In this document: positions 1 through 12,700 of the stretch, piece by piece
How the letters are laid out: each line of letters opens with the position of its first letter
Numbering within the stretch: position 1 is the stretch's first letter
NCBI GenBank assembly: GCA_964016885.1
Contig: CAXHJY010000080.1
Coordinates: 62,001-126,000, forward strand
From: Eledone cirrhosa
Lineage: Eukaryota
Direction: 5' to 3'
Length of the DNA: 64,000 nt
The notes under the pieces: generated by a model
Databases searched by the model: none
Seen by the model: only the letters and a program-made list of their open reading frames with translations
What the model was told of the DNA's origin: nothing
Program-made: the position numbers and the translations under genes

Positions 1-669
1 TGGTCAATCATTTCTTTTGTTGTTCTTGCTGAAATTTCAGTTGAACGAGGTTTTGTTTTGTATTTTATCGATTGTAAATGTTGTTGTTACTGTTCACTAT
101 CAATGATATTTGTTCATATTATAATACACATAACAGTTTATATTTTGTCCAATATGTTTGTGAGAAATATTCAATTGAAAATATAATCAAATTGACACAA
201 TTATAGAATTAGATATTCTGTTTTGTCTATGTATTGTGATGGGCTGTTGCCAGAATTTGTATATTCATAAGTAATATTCAATTATATTTGTTCACATTGC
301 AGAATATGTTCTCTCTAATGTGAATTATTATTGAAATTATTTCTTTTCTATGTGTTGATATCTATCCATATCACACTACATTCTTTATGTTGTTGTTGCT
401 GGTTACTCTTGATGTTATCAACATAATATTGTTATCGTTATATATCAGTCTGTTTTTACTAAGTTCCTGTTATATGTTTGGATATTTCTGTTGTTATATG
501 GTGTTTTGAACAAGATAATCCACTTGTTTCAGTAAGGTTACATGTGTCTATATAATATTTGTAAAGAGAATTTCCTCTTACCGTGATTGTGAACGCTAGG
601 CATAACTATGAGTAAATCTGGAATTACTAATTATATCTGACTAGTTTATTGCACTTTTCCACTTTACAG

Positions 670-708
670 TAAGACCTGAAGTAACAACTCCACATCCAAA
701 ACCACCTG
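670..708 (+). CDS. Linker micro-exon A1 (VRPEVTTPHPKPP), 39 bp
   Basis: cttttccactttacag|taaga...ccacctg|gtaaga; phase 1-1; Pro/Thr-rich. Confidence 0.85.
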
Positions 709-3700
709 GTAAGATATTTTAAATGGTTTTCTTTGTTACTTAGTTTCAAATAAGAGATCTGTAACTATTGGCTAGAATTAAGTTCTTTAAAGTATACATG
801 ATCTAATTGAAGGAAAGTCTATGGAAATTTAGTGATTTCTTAAATATTTGAGTGTTATTAAATTCTCTAGATGTTCTATGATAAATATTGAATTATTATA
901 TATGTGGCAGTGTTAATTGATGGCTACCTCCCTATTCTCTAGGTAAATGTAATGCTGCTGAATCAGACATTGTGTTCGTTCTGGATTCTTCAACTAGCGT
1001 TACTGATGTGAACTTCAAGAAAATCTTAGCTTTTGTGAAAGACTTTCTATCGGAGGCTAGTATTGACAATGGTAATGTGAGAGTAGGGGCAGTGATTTAT
1101 AGCACTGACGTACAAGTGCAGTTTCATTTGAATCACTACCATTCAAAGAGAGATATCCTCAATGCTATTGACAACATTGCCTATGTGTATGGAAGCACAA
1201 ATACATATGGAGGTCTGCACACAGCCAGAAGACAGATGTTTACTGCAGAAAATGGTGACAGAGCCGGTATTCCTAATATTATTTTCCTTATTACTGATGG
1301 CGTTTCCAACATCAACGCTTTTCAAACCATACCAGAAGCCGAAGCTATTCGTGCAGAAAACATCCATATTTACGCTATAGGTATAGGCCTTGCAGAAACT
1401 ACAGAACTTGACAAAATTGCATCATATCCACCATCAGAAAACAGTTTCACTGTCGAAGATTTTAATCAGCTTTATGATTTAAAACACCAAATATTTGATT
1501 CTTTCTGTCCGGGTACGTATATTACGTAGATTATGTCAGTTGTTGTCGTTTCTTTCATGTCGGTCAACATCACTTTGTAGTGTCATTCTACATATTAATT
1601 GTACACATGTTTATTGTGTTACATCTAATCTGTCTCCTTGGTCAATCATTTCTTTTGTTGTTCTTGCTGAAATTTCAGTTGAACGAGGTTTTGTTTTGTA
1701 TTTGATCGATTGTAAATGTTGTTGTTACTGTTCACTATCAATGATATTTGTTCATATTATTATACACATAACAGTTTATATTTTGTCCAATATGTTTGTG
1801 AGAAATATTCAATTGAAAATATAATCAAATTGACACAATTATAGAATTAGATATTCTGTTTTGTCTATGTATTGTGATGGGCTGTTGCCAGAATTTGTAT
1901 ATTCATAAGTAATATTCAATTATATTTGTTCACATTGCAGAATATGTTCTCTCTAATGTGAATTATTATTGAAATTATTTCTTTTCTATGTGTTAATATC
2001 TATCCATATCACTCTACATTCTTTATGTTGTTGTTGCTGGTTACTCTTGATGTTATCAACATAATATTGTTATCATTATATATCAGTCTGTTTTTACTAA
2101 GTTCCTGTTATATGTTTGGATATTTCTGTTGTTATATGGTGTTTTGAACAAGATAATCCACTTGTTTCAGTAAGGTTACATGTGTCTATATAATATTTGT
2201 AAAGAGAATTTCCTCTTACCGTGATTGTGAACGCTAGGCATAACTATGAGTAAATCTGGAATTACTAATTATATCTGACTAGTTTATTGCACTTTTCCAC
2301 TTTACAGTAAGACCTGAAGTAACAACTCCACATCCAAAACCACCTGGTAAGATATTTTAAATGGTTTTCTTTGTTACTTAGTTTCAAAGTAAGAGATCTG
2401 TAACTATTGGCTAGAATTAAGTTCTTTAAAGTATACATGATCTAATTGAAGGAAAGTCTATGGAAATCTAGTGATTTCTTAAATATTTGAGTGTTATTAA
2501 ATATTCTCTAGATGTTCTATGATAAATATTGAATTATTATATATGTGGCAGTGTTAATTGATGGCTACCTCCCTATTCTCTAGGTAAATGTAATGCTGCT
2601 GAATCAGACATTGTGTTCGTTCTGGATTCTTCAACTAGCGTTACTGATGTGAACTTCAAGAAAATCTTAGCTTTTGTGAAAGACTTTCTATCGGAGGCTA
2701 GTATTGACAATGGTAATGTGAGAGTAGGGGCAGTGATTTATAGCACTGACGTACAAGTGCAGTTTCATTTGAATCACTACCATTCAAAGAGAGATATCCT
2801 CAATGCTATTGACAACATTGCCTATGTGTATGGAAGCACAAATACATATGGAGGTCTGCACACAGCCAGAAGACAGATGTTTACTGCAGAAAATGGTGAC
2901 AGAGCCGGTATTCCTAATATTATTTTCCTTATTACTGATGGCGTTTCCAACATCAACGCTTTACAAACCATACCAGAAGCCGAAGCTATTCGTGCAGAAA
3001 ACATCCATATTTACGCTATAGGTATAGGCCTTGCAGAAACTACAGAACTTGACAAAATTGCATCATATCCACCATCAGAAAACAGTTTCACTGTCGAAGA
3101 TTTTAATCAGCTTTATGATTTAAAACACCAAATATTTGATTCTTTCTGTCCGGGTACGTATATTACGTAGATTATGTCAGTTGTTGTCGTTTCTTTCATG
3201 TTGGTCAACATCACTTTGTAGTGTCATTCTACATATTAATTGTACACATGTTTATTGTGTTACATCTAATCTGTCTCCATGGTCAATCATTTCTTTTGTT
3301 GTTCTTGCTGAAATTTCAGTTGAACGAGGTTTTGTTTTGTATTTTATCGATTGTAAATGTTGTTGTTACTGTTCACTATCAATGATATTTGTTCATATTA
3401 TTATACACATAACAGTTTATATTTTGTCCAATATGTTTGTGAGAAATATTCAATTGAAAATATAATCAAATTGACACAATTATAGAATTAGATATTCTGT
3501 TTTGTCTATGTATTGTGATGGGCTGTTGCCAGAATTTGTATATTCATAAGTAATATTCAATTATATTTGTTCACATTGCAGAATATGTTCTCTCTAATGT
3601 GAATTATTATTGAAATTATTTCTTTTCTATGTGTTGATATCTATCCATATCACACTACATTCTTTATGTTGTTGTTGCTGGTTACTCTTGATGTTATCAA

Positions 3701-6700
3701 CATAATATTGTTATCGTTATATATCAGTCTGTTTTTACTAAGTTCCTGTTATATGTTTGGATATTTCTGTTGTTATATGGTGTTTTGAACAAGATAATCC
3801 ACTTGTTTCAGTAAGGTTACATGTGTCTATATAATATTTGTAAAGAGAATTTCCTCTTACCGTGATTGTGAACGCTAGGCATAACTATGAGTAAATCTGG
3901 AATTACTAATTATATCTGACTAGTTTATTGCACTTTTCCACTTTACAGTAAGACCTGAAGTAACAACTCCACATCCAAAACCACCTGGTAAGATATTTTA
4001 AATGGTTTTCTTTGTTACTTAGTTTCAAATAAGAGATCTGTAACTATTGGCTAGAATTAAGTTCTTTAAAGTATACATGATCTAATTGAAGGAAAGTCTA
4101 TGGAAATCTAGTGATTTCTTAAATATTTGAGTGTTATTAAATATTCTCTAGATGTTCTATGATAAATATTGAATTATTATATATGTGGCAGTGTTAATTG
4201 ATGGCTACCTCCCTATTCTCTAGGTAAATGTAATGCTGCTGAATCAGACATTGTGTTCGTTCTGGATTCTTCAACTAGCGTTACTGATGTGAACTTCAAG
4301 AAAATCTTAGCTTTTGTGAAAGACTTTCTATCGGAGGCTAGTATTGACAATGGTAATGTGAGAGTAGGGGCAGTGATTTATAGCACTGACGTACAAGTGC
4401 AGTTTCATTTGAATCACTACCATTCAAAGAGAGATATCCTCAATGCTATTGACAACATTGCCTATGTGTATGGAAGCACAAATACATATGGAGGTCTGCA
4501 CACAGCCAGAAGACAGATGTTTACTGCAGAAAATGGTGACAGAGCCGGTATTCCTAATATTATTTTCCTTATTACTGATGGCGTTTCCAACATCAACGCT
4601 TTACAAACCATACCAGAAGCCGAAGCTATTCGTGCAGAAAACATCCATATTTACGCTATAGGTATAGGCCTTGCAGAAACTACAGAACTTGACAAAATTG
4701 CATCATATCCACCATCAGAAAACAGTTTCACTGTCGAAGATTTTAATCAGCTTTATGATTTAAAACACCAAATATTTGATTCTTTCTGTCCGGGTACGTA
4801 TATTACGTAGATTATGTCAGTTGTTGTCGTTTCTTTCATGTCGGTCAACATCACTTTGTAGTGTCATTCTACATATTAATTGTACACATGTTTATTGTGT
4901 TACATCTAATCTGTCTCCTTGGTCAATCATTTCTTTTGTTGTTCTTGCTGAAATTTCAGTTGAACGAGGTTTTGTTTTGTATTTGATCGATCGTAAATGT
5001 TGTTGTTACTGTTCACTATCAATGATATTTGTTCATATTATAATACACATAACAGTTTATATTTTGTCCAATATGTTTGTGAGAAATATTCAATTTAAAA
5101 TATAATCAAATTGACACAGTTATAGAATTAGATATTCTGTTTTGTCTATGTATTGTGATGGGCTGTTGCCAGAATTTGTATATTCATAAGTAATATTCAA
5201 TTATATTTGTTCACATTGCAGAATATGTTCTCTCTAATGTGAATTATTATTTAAATTATTTCTTTTCTATGTGTTGATATCTATCCATATCACACTACAT
5301 TCTTTATGTTATTGTTGCTGGTTACTCTTGATGTTATCAACATAATATTGTTATCGTTATATATCAGTCTGTTTTTACTAAGTTCCTGTTATATGTTTGG
5401 ATATTTCTGTTGTTATATGGTGTTTTGAACAAGATAATCCACTTGTTTCAGTAAGGTTACATGTGTCTATATAATATTTGTAAAGAGAATTTCCTCTTAC
5501 CGTGATTGTGAACGCTAGGCATAACTATGAGTAAATCTGGAATTACTAATTATATCTGACTAGTTTATTGCACTTTTCCACTTTACAGTAAGACCTGAAG
5601 TAACAACTCCACATCCAAAACCACCTGGTAAGATATTTTAAATGGTTTTCTTTGTTACTTAGTTTCAAATAAGAGATCTGTAACTATTGGCTAGAATTAA
5701 GTTCTTTAAAGTATACATGATCTAATTGAAGGAAAGTCTATGGAAATCTAGTGATTTCTTAAATATTTGAGTGTTATTAAATATTCTCTAGATGTTCTAT
5801 GATAAATATTGAATTATTATATATGTGGCAGTGTTAATTGATGGCTACCTCCCTATTCTCTAGGTAAATGTAATGCTGCTGAATCAGACATTGTGTTCGT
5901 TCTGGATTCTTCAACTAGCGTTACTGATGTGAACTTCAAGAAAATCTTAGCTTTTGTGAAAGACTTTCTATCGGAGGCTAGTATTGACAATGGTAATGTG
6001 AGAGTAGGGGCAGTGATTTATAGCACTGACGTACAAGTGCAGTTTCATTTGAATCACTACCATTCAAAGAGAGATATCCTCAATGCTATTGACAACATTG
6101 CCTATGTGTATGGAAGCACAAATACATATGGAGGTCTGCACACAGCCAGAAGACAGATGTTTACTGCAGAAAATGGTGACAGAGCCGGTATTCCTAATAT
6201 TATTTTCCTTATTACTGATGGCGTTTCCAACATCAACGCTTTACAAACCATACCAGAAGCCGAAGCTATTCGTGCAGAAAACATCCATATTTACGCTATA
6301 GGTATAGGCCTTGCAGAAACTACAGAACTTGACAAAATTGCATCATATCCACCATCAGAAAACAGTTTCACTGTCGAAGATTTTAATCAGCTTTATGATT
6401 TAAAACACCAAATATTTGATTCTTTCTGTCCGGGTACGTATATTACGTAGATTATGTCAGTTGTTGTCGTTTCTTTCATGTTGGTCAACATCACTTTGTA
6501 GTGTCATTCTACATATTAATTGTACACATGTTTATTGTGTTACATCTAATCTGTCTCCTTGGTCAATCATTTCTTTTGTTGTTCTTGCTGAAATTTCAGT
6601 TGAACGAGGTTTTGTTTTGTATTTTATCGATTGTAAATGTTGTTGTTACTGTTCACTATCAATGATATTTGTTCATATTATTATACACATAACAGTTTAT

Positions 6701-9700
6701 ATTTTGTCCAATATGTTTGTGAGAAATATTCAATTGAAAATATAATCAAATTGACACAATTATAGAATTAGATATTCTGTTTTGTCTATGTATTGTGATG
6801 GGCTGTGGCCAGAGTTTGTATATTCATAAGTAATATTCAATTATATTTGTTCACATTGCAGAATATGTTCTCTCTAATGTGAATTATTATTGAAATTATT
6901 TCTTTTCTATGTGTTGATATCTATCCATATCACACTACATTCTTTATGTTGTTGTTGCTGGTTACTCTTGATGTTATCAACATAATATTGTTATCGTTAT
7001 ATATCAGTCTGTTTTTACTAAGTTCCTGTTATATGTTTGGATATTTCTGTTGTTATATGGTGTTTTGAACAAGATAATCCACTTGTTTCAGTAAGGTCAC
7101 ATGTGTCTATATAATATTTGTAAAGAGAATTTCCTCTTACCGTGATTGTGAACGCTAGGCATAACTATGAGTAAATCTGGAATTACTAATTATATCTGAC
7201 TAGTTTATTGCACTTTTCCACTTTACAGTAAGACCTGAAGTAACAACTCCACATCCAAAACCACCTGGTAAGATATTTTAAATGGTTTTCTTTGTTACTT
7301 AGTTTCAAATAAGAGATCTGTAACTATTGGCTAGAATTAAGTTCTTTAAAGTATACATGATCTAATTGAAGGAAAGTCTATGGAAATCTAGTGATTTCTT
7401 AAATATTTGAGTGTTATTAAATATTCTCTAGATGTTCTATGATAAATATTGAATTATTATATATGTGGCAGTGTTAATTGATGGCTACCTCCCTATTCTC
7501 TAGGTAAATGTAATGCTGCTGAATCAGACATTGTGTTCGTTCTGGATTCTTCAACTAGCGTTACTGATGTGAACTTCAAGAAAATCTTAGCTTTTGTGAA
7601 AGACTTTCTATCGGAGGCTAGTATTGACAATGGTAATGTGAGAGTAGGGGCAGTGATTTATAGCACTGACGTACAAGTGCAGTTTCATTTGAATCACTAC
7701 CATTCAAAGAGAGATATCCTCAATGCTATTGACAACATTGCCTATGTGTATGGAAGCACAAATACATATGGAGGTCTGCACACAGCCAGAAGACAGATGT
7801 TTACTGCAGAAAATGGTGACAGAGCCGGTATTCCTAATATTATTTTCCTTATTACTGATGGCGTTTCCAACATCAACGCTTTACAAACCATACCAGAAGC
7901 CGAAGCTATTCGTGCAGAAAACATCCATATTTACGCTATAGGTATAGGCCTTGCAGAAACTACAGAACTTGACAAAATTGCATCATATCCACCATCAGAA
8001 AACAGTTTCACTGTCGAAGATTTTAATCAGCTTTATGATTTAAAACACCAAATATTTGATTCTTTCTGTCCGGGTACGTATATTACGTAGATTATGTCAG
8101 TTGTTGCGTTTCGTTTCTTTCATGTCGGTCAACATCACTTTGTAGTGTCATTCTACATATTAATTGTACACATGTTTATTGTGTTACATCTAATCTGTCT
8201 CCTTGGTCAATCATTTCTTTTGTTGTTCTTGCTGAAATTTCAGTTGAACGAGGTTTTGTTTTGTATTTTATCGATTGTAAATGTTGTTGTTACTGTTCAC
8301 TATCAATGATATTTGTTCATATTATAATACACATAACAGTTTATATTTTGTCCAATATGTTTGTGAGAAATATTCAATTGAAAATATAATCAAATTGACA
8401 CAATTATAGAATTAGATATTCTGTTTTGTCTATGTATTGTGATGGGCTGTTGCCAGAATTTGTATATTCATAAGTAATATTCAATTATATTTGTTCACAT
8501 TGCAGAATATGTTCTCTCTAATGTGAATTATTATTGAAATTATTTCTTTTCTATGTGTTGATATCTATCCATATCACACTACATTCGTTATGTTGTTGTT
8601 GCTGGTTACTCTTGAAGTTATCAACATAATATTGTTATCGTTATATATCAGTCTGTTTTTACTAAGTTCCTGTTATATGTTTGGATATTTCTGTTGTTAT
8701 ATGGTGTTTTGAACAAGATAATCCACTTGTTTCAGTAAGGTTACATGTCTCTATATAATATTTGTAAAGAGAATTTCCTCTTACCGTGATTGTGAACGCT
8801 AGGCATAACTATGAGTAAATCTGGAATTACTAATTATATCTGACTAGTTTATTGCACTTTTCCACTTTACAGTAAGAACTGAAGTAACAACTCCACATCC
8901 AAAACCACCTGGTAAGATATTTTAAATGGTTTTCTTTGTTACTTAGTTTCAAATAAGAGATCTGTAACTATTGGCTAGAATTAAGTTCTTTAAAGTATAC
9001 ATGATCTAATTGAAGGAAAGTCTATGGAAATTTAGTGATTTCTTAAATATTTGAGTGTTATTAAATTCTCTAGATGTTCTATGATAAATATTGAATTATT
9101 ATATATGTGGCAGTGTTAATTGATGGCTACCTCCCTATTCTCTAGGTAAATGTAATGCTGCTGAATCAGACATTGTGTTCGTTCTGGATTCTTCAACTAG
9201 CGTTACTGATGTGAACTTCAAGAAAATCTTAGCTTTTGTGAAAGACTTTCTATCGGAGGCTAGTATTGACAATGGTAATGTGAGAGTAGGGGCAGTGATT
9301 TATAGCACTGACGTACAAGTGCAGTTTCATTTGAATCACTACCATTCAAAGAGAGATATCCTCAATGCTATTGACAACATTGCCTATGTGTATGGAAGCA
9401 CAAATACATATGGAGGTCTGCACACAGCCAGAAGACAGATGTTTACTGCAGAAAATGGTGACAGAGCCGGTATTCCTAATATTATTTTCCTTATTACTGA
9501 TGGCGTTTCCAACATCAACGCTTTTCAAACCATACCAGAAGCCGAAGCTATTCGTGCAGAAAACATCCATATTTACGCTATAGGTATAGGCCTTGCAGAA
9601 ACTACAGAACTTGACAAAATTGCATCATATCCACCATCAGAAAACAGTTTCACTGTCGAAGATTTTAATCAGCTTTATGATTTAAAACACCAAATATTTG

Positions 9701-12700
9701 ATTCTTTCTGTCCGGGTACGTATATTACGTAGATTATGCCAGTTGTTGTCGTTTCTTTCATGTCGGTCAACATCACTTTGTAGTGTCATTCTACATATTA
9801 ATTGTACACATGTTTATCGTGTTACATCTAATCTGTCTCTTTGGTCAATCATTTCTTTTGTTGTTCTTGCTGAAATTTCAGTTGAACGAGGTTTTGTTTT
9901 GTATTTTATCGATTGTAAATGTTGTTGTTACTGTTCACTATCAATGATATTTGTTCATATTATAATACACATGACAGTTTATATTTTGTCCAATATGTTT
10001 GTGAGAAATATTCAATTGAAAATATAATCAAATTGACACAATTATAGAATTAGATATTCTGTTTTGTCTATGTATTGTGATGGGCTGTTGCCAGAATTTG
10101 TATATTCATAAGTAATATTCAATTATATTTGTTCACATTGCAGAATATGTTCTCTCTAATGTGAATTATTATTGAAATTATTTCTTTTCTATGTGTTGAT
10201 ATCTATCCATATCACACTACATTCGTTATGTTGTTGCTGGTTACTCTTGAAGTTATCAACATAATATTGTTATCGTTATATATCAGTCTGTTTTTACTAA
10301 GTTCCTGTTATATGTTTGGATATTTCTGTTGTTATATGGTGTTTTGAACAAGATAATCCACTTGTTTCAGTAAGGTTACATGTCTCTATATAATATTTGT
10401 AAAGAGAATTTCCTCTTACCGTGATTGTGAACGCTAGGCATAACTATGAGTAAATCTGGAATTACTAATTATATCTGACTAGTTTATTGCACTTTTCCAC
10501 TTTACAGTAAGAACTGAAGTAACAACTCCACATCCAAAACCACCTGGTAAGATATTTTAAATGGTTTTCTTTGTTACTTAGTTTCAAATAAGAGATCTGT
10601 AACTATTGGCTAGAATTAAGTTCTTTAAAGTATACATGATCTAATTGAAGGAAAGTCTATGGAAATTTAGTGATTTCTTAAATATTTGAGTGTTATTAAA
10701 TTCTCTAGATGTTGTATGATAAATATTGAATTATTATATATGTGGCAGTGTTAATTGATGGCTACCTCCCTATTCTCTAGGTAAATGTAATGCTGCTGAA
10801 TCAGACATTGTGTTCGTTCTGGATTCTTCAACTAGCGTTACTGATGTGAACTTCAAGAAAATCTTAGCTTTTGTGAAAGACTTTCTATCGGAGGCTAGTA
10901 TTGACAATGGTAATGTGAGAGTAGGGGCAGTGATTTATAGCACTGACGTACAAGTGCAGTTTCATTTGAATCACTACCATTCAAAGAGAGATATCCTCAA
11001 TGCTATTGACAACATTGCCTATGTGTATGGAAGCACAAATACATATGGAGGTCTGCACACAGCCAGAAGACAGATGTTTACTGCAGAAAATGGTGACAGA
11101 GCCGGTATTCCTAATATTATTTTCCTTATTACTGATGGCGTTTCCAACATCAACGCTTTTCAAACCATACCAGAAGCCGAAGCTATTCGTGCAGAAAACA
11201 TCCATATTTACGCTATAGGTATAGGCCTTGCAGAAACTACAGAACTTGACAAAATTGCATCATATCCACCATCAGAAAACAGTTTCACTGTCGAAGATTT
11301 TAATCAGCTTTATGATTTAAAACACCAAATATTTGATTCTTTCTGTCCGGGTACGTATATTACGTAGATTATGCCAGTTGTTGTCGTTTCTTTCATGTCG
11401 GTCAACATCACTTTGTAGTGTCATTCTACATATTAATTGTACACATGTTTATCGTGTTACATCTAATCTGTCTCTTTGGTCAATCATTTCTTTTGTTGTT
11501 CTTGCTGAAATTTCAGTTGAACGAGGTTTTGTTTTGTATTTTATCGATTGTAAATGTTGTTGTTACTGTTCACTATCAATGATATTTGTTCATATTATAA
11601 TACACATAACAGTTTATATTTTGTGCAATATGTTTGTGAGAAATATTCTATTTAAAATATAATCAAATTGACACAATTATAGAATTAGATATTCTGTTTT
11701 GTCTATGTATTGTGATGGGCTGTTGTCCAGAATTTGTATATTGATAATGTTGATAGCTGTCCAGCACCATCAATGACATTGTCATTAATGGTTAATTATG
11801 AAGTAACCTTATTTTACCAAATTCAGTTAAATTGTTTTGTTTGTTTTTAAGTTAGTAAACATTGTTTTTGTTTTATATTAGTCTCTTCTCGTATGTTTCT
11901 GTTTATGTACTGATATTTCTTTCATATGATGTTTTCAGCTAGATAATCGACTTGTTACTTGTTTCATCAAAATTTCAAGCATCCATATGAATTATTTTTG
12001 TAGAGAGAAATTATTGACATTGTGAAAGTGATTTGAATTAATAATACTATATCAAAGTTTATACACTGTCTACATTAATAGTAGATGTATATTGTACCTT
12101 TATAAATTATATAAAATTAGACACAGTTATATAAGTTATCTCTCCTGTGTTGCAATATCCATGTAGTTTGGTGGGAATCTAATCCTTTTATTTAAAATGA
12201 GTTTATCTTCTTATTACAAAATATGTTTCTTTACCCTTTATGTGGCCTACATCCTTTGGTGTATTTACCTGCTACAGAATTATTTAAATATATGATCCAT
12301 CATATTTTACATTTAGTTCAACTGTATACATAATTTCCAACAACATTTCCAAGTAAGGGAAAAGCGGGCGTAAAATGATGATGATATACATATTTATAGG
12401 AAAAGAGTCAGGACCCCGACGGCTGAGCTCCGGCTGTTTCGACAGCTATTTCTGAACTCAAAACAGCCGGAGCTCAGCCGTCGGGGTCCTGACTCTTTTC
12501 CTGTTACCCACTCTACTACCCATAGTATCGAGTACTCTGGTGCATTATGGTTCACCTGGTTCCTTACCACACTTCCTTCATTATATACATATATTTTTTT
12601 TTTTCTGTTTTGCCTCTGAGACTGTTCTATTCATATTCTTATATTTTTCTCTCACTAATGAAATTCAATTATCCGTAACTCCAGATATTCCATCCTTCAT

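Larger units (their letters stand above)
1..11742 (+). repeat. Tandem array A: about 1,640-bp unit (linker exon + intron + VWA-A exon + intron), 7 VWA copies, continuing upstream of the window
   Basis: VWA ORF spacings are 1641, 1640, 1640, 1640, 1642, 1635. Introns are near-identical between copies. Bases 1-669 match the intron following each VWA-A exon. Confidence 0.97.

Noticed and set aside
1143-1380. Overlapping alternate-frame and antisense ORFs within VWA exons (also the 68-aa minus ORFs in B and the 61-aa ORF at 17234-17419)
   Set aside because: These are shadow ORFs of the real exon or of AT-rich intron. They have no recognisable domain and come and go with single SNPs.
1495-1824. 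109-aa Cys-rich hydrophobic ORF repeated in array A
   Set aside because: It is a by-product of the T/G-rich intron, is frameshifted in unit A5 (about 8100), and recurs only because the unit is repeated.
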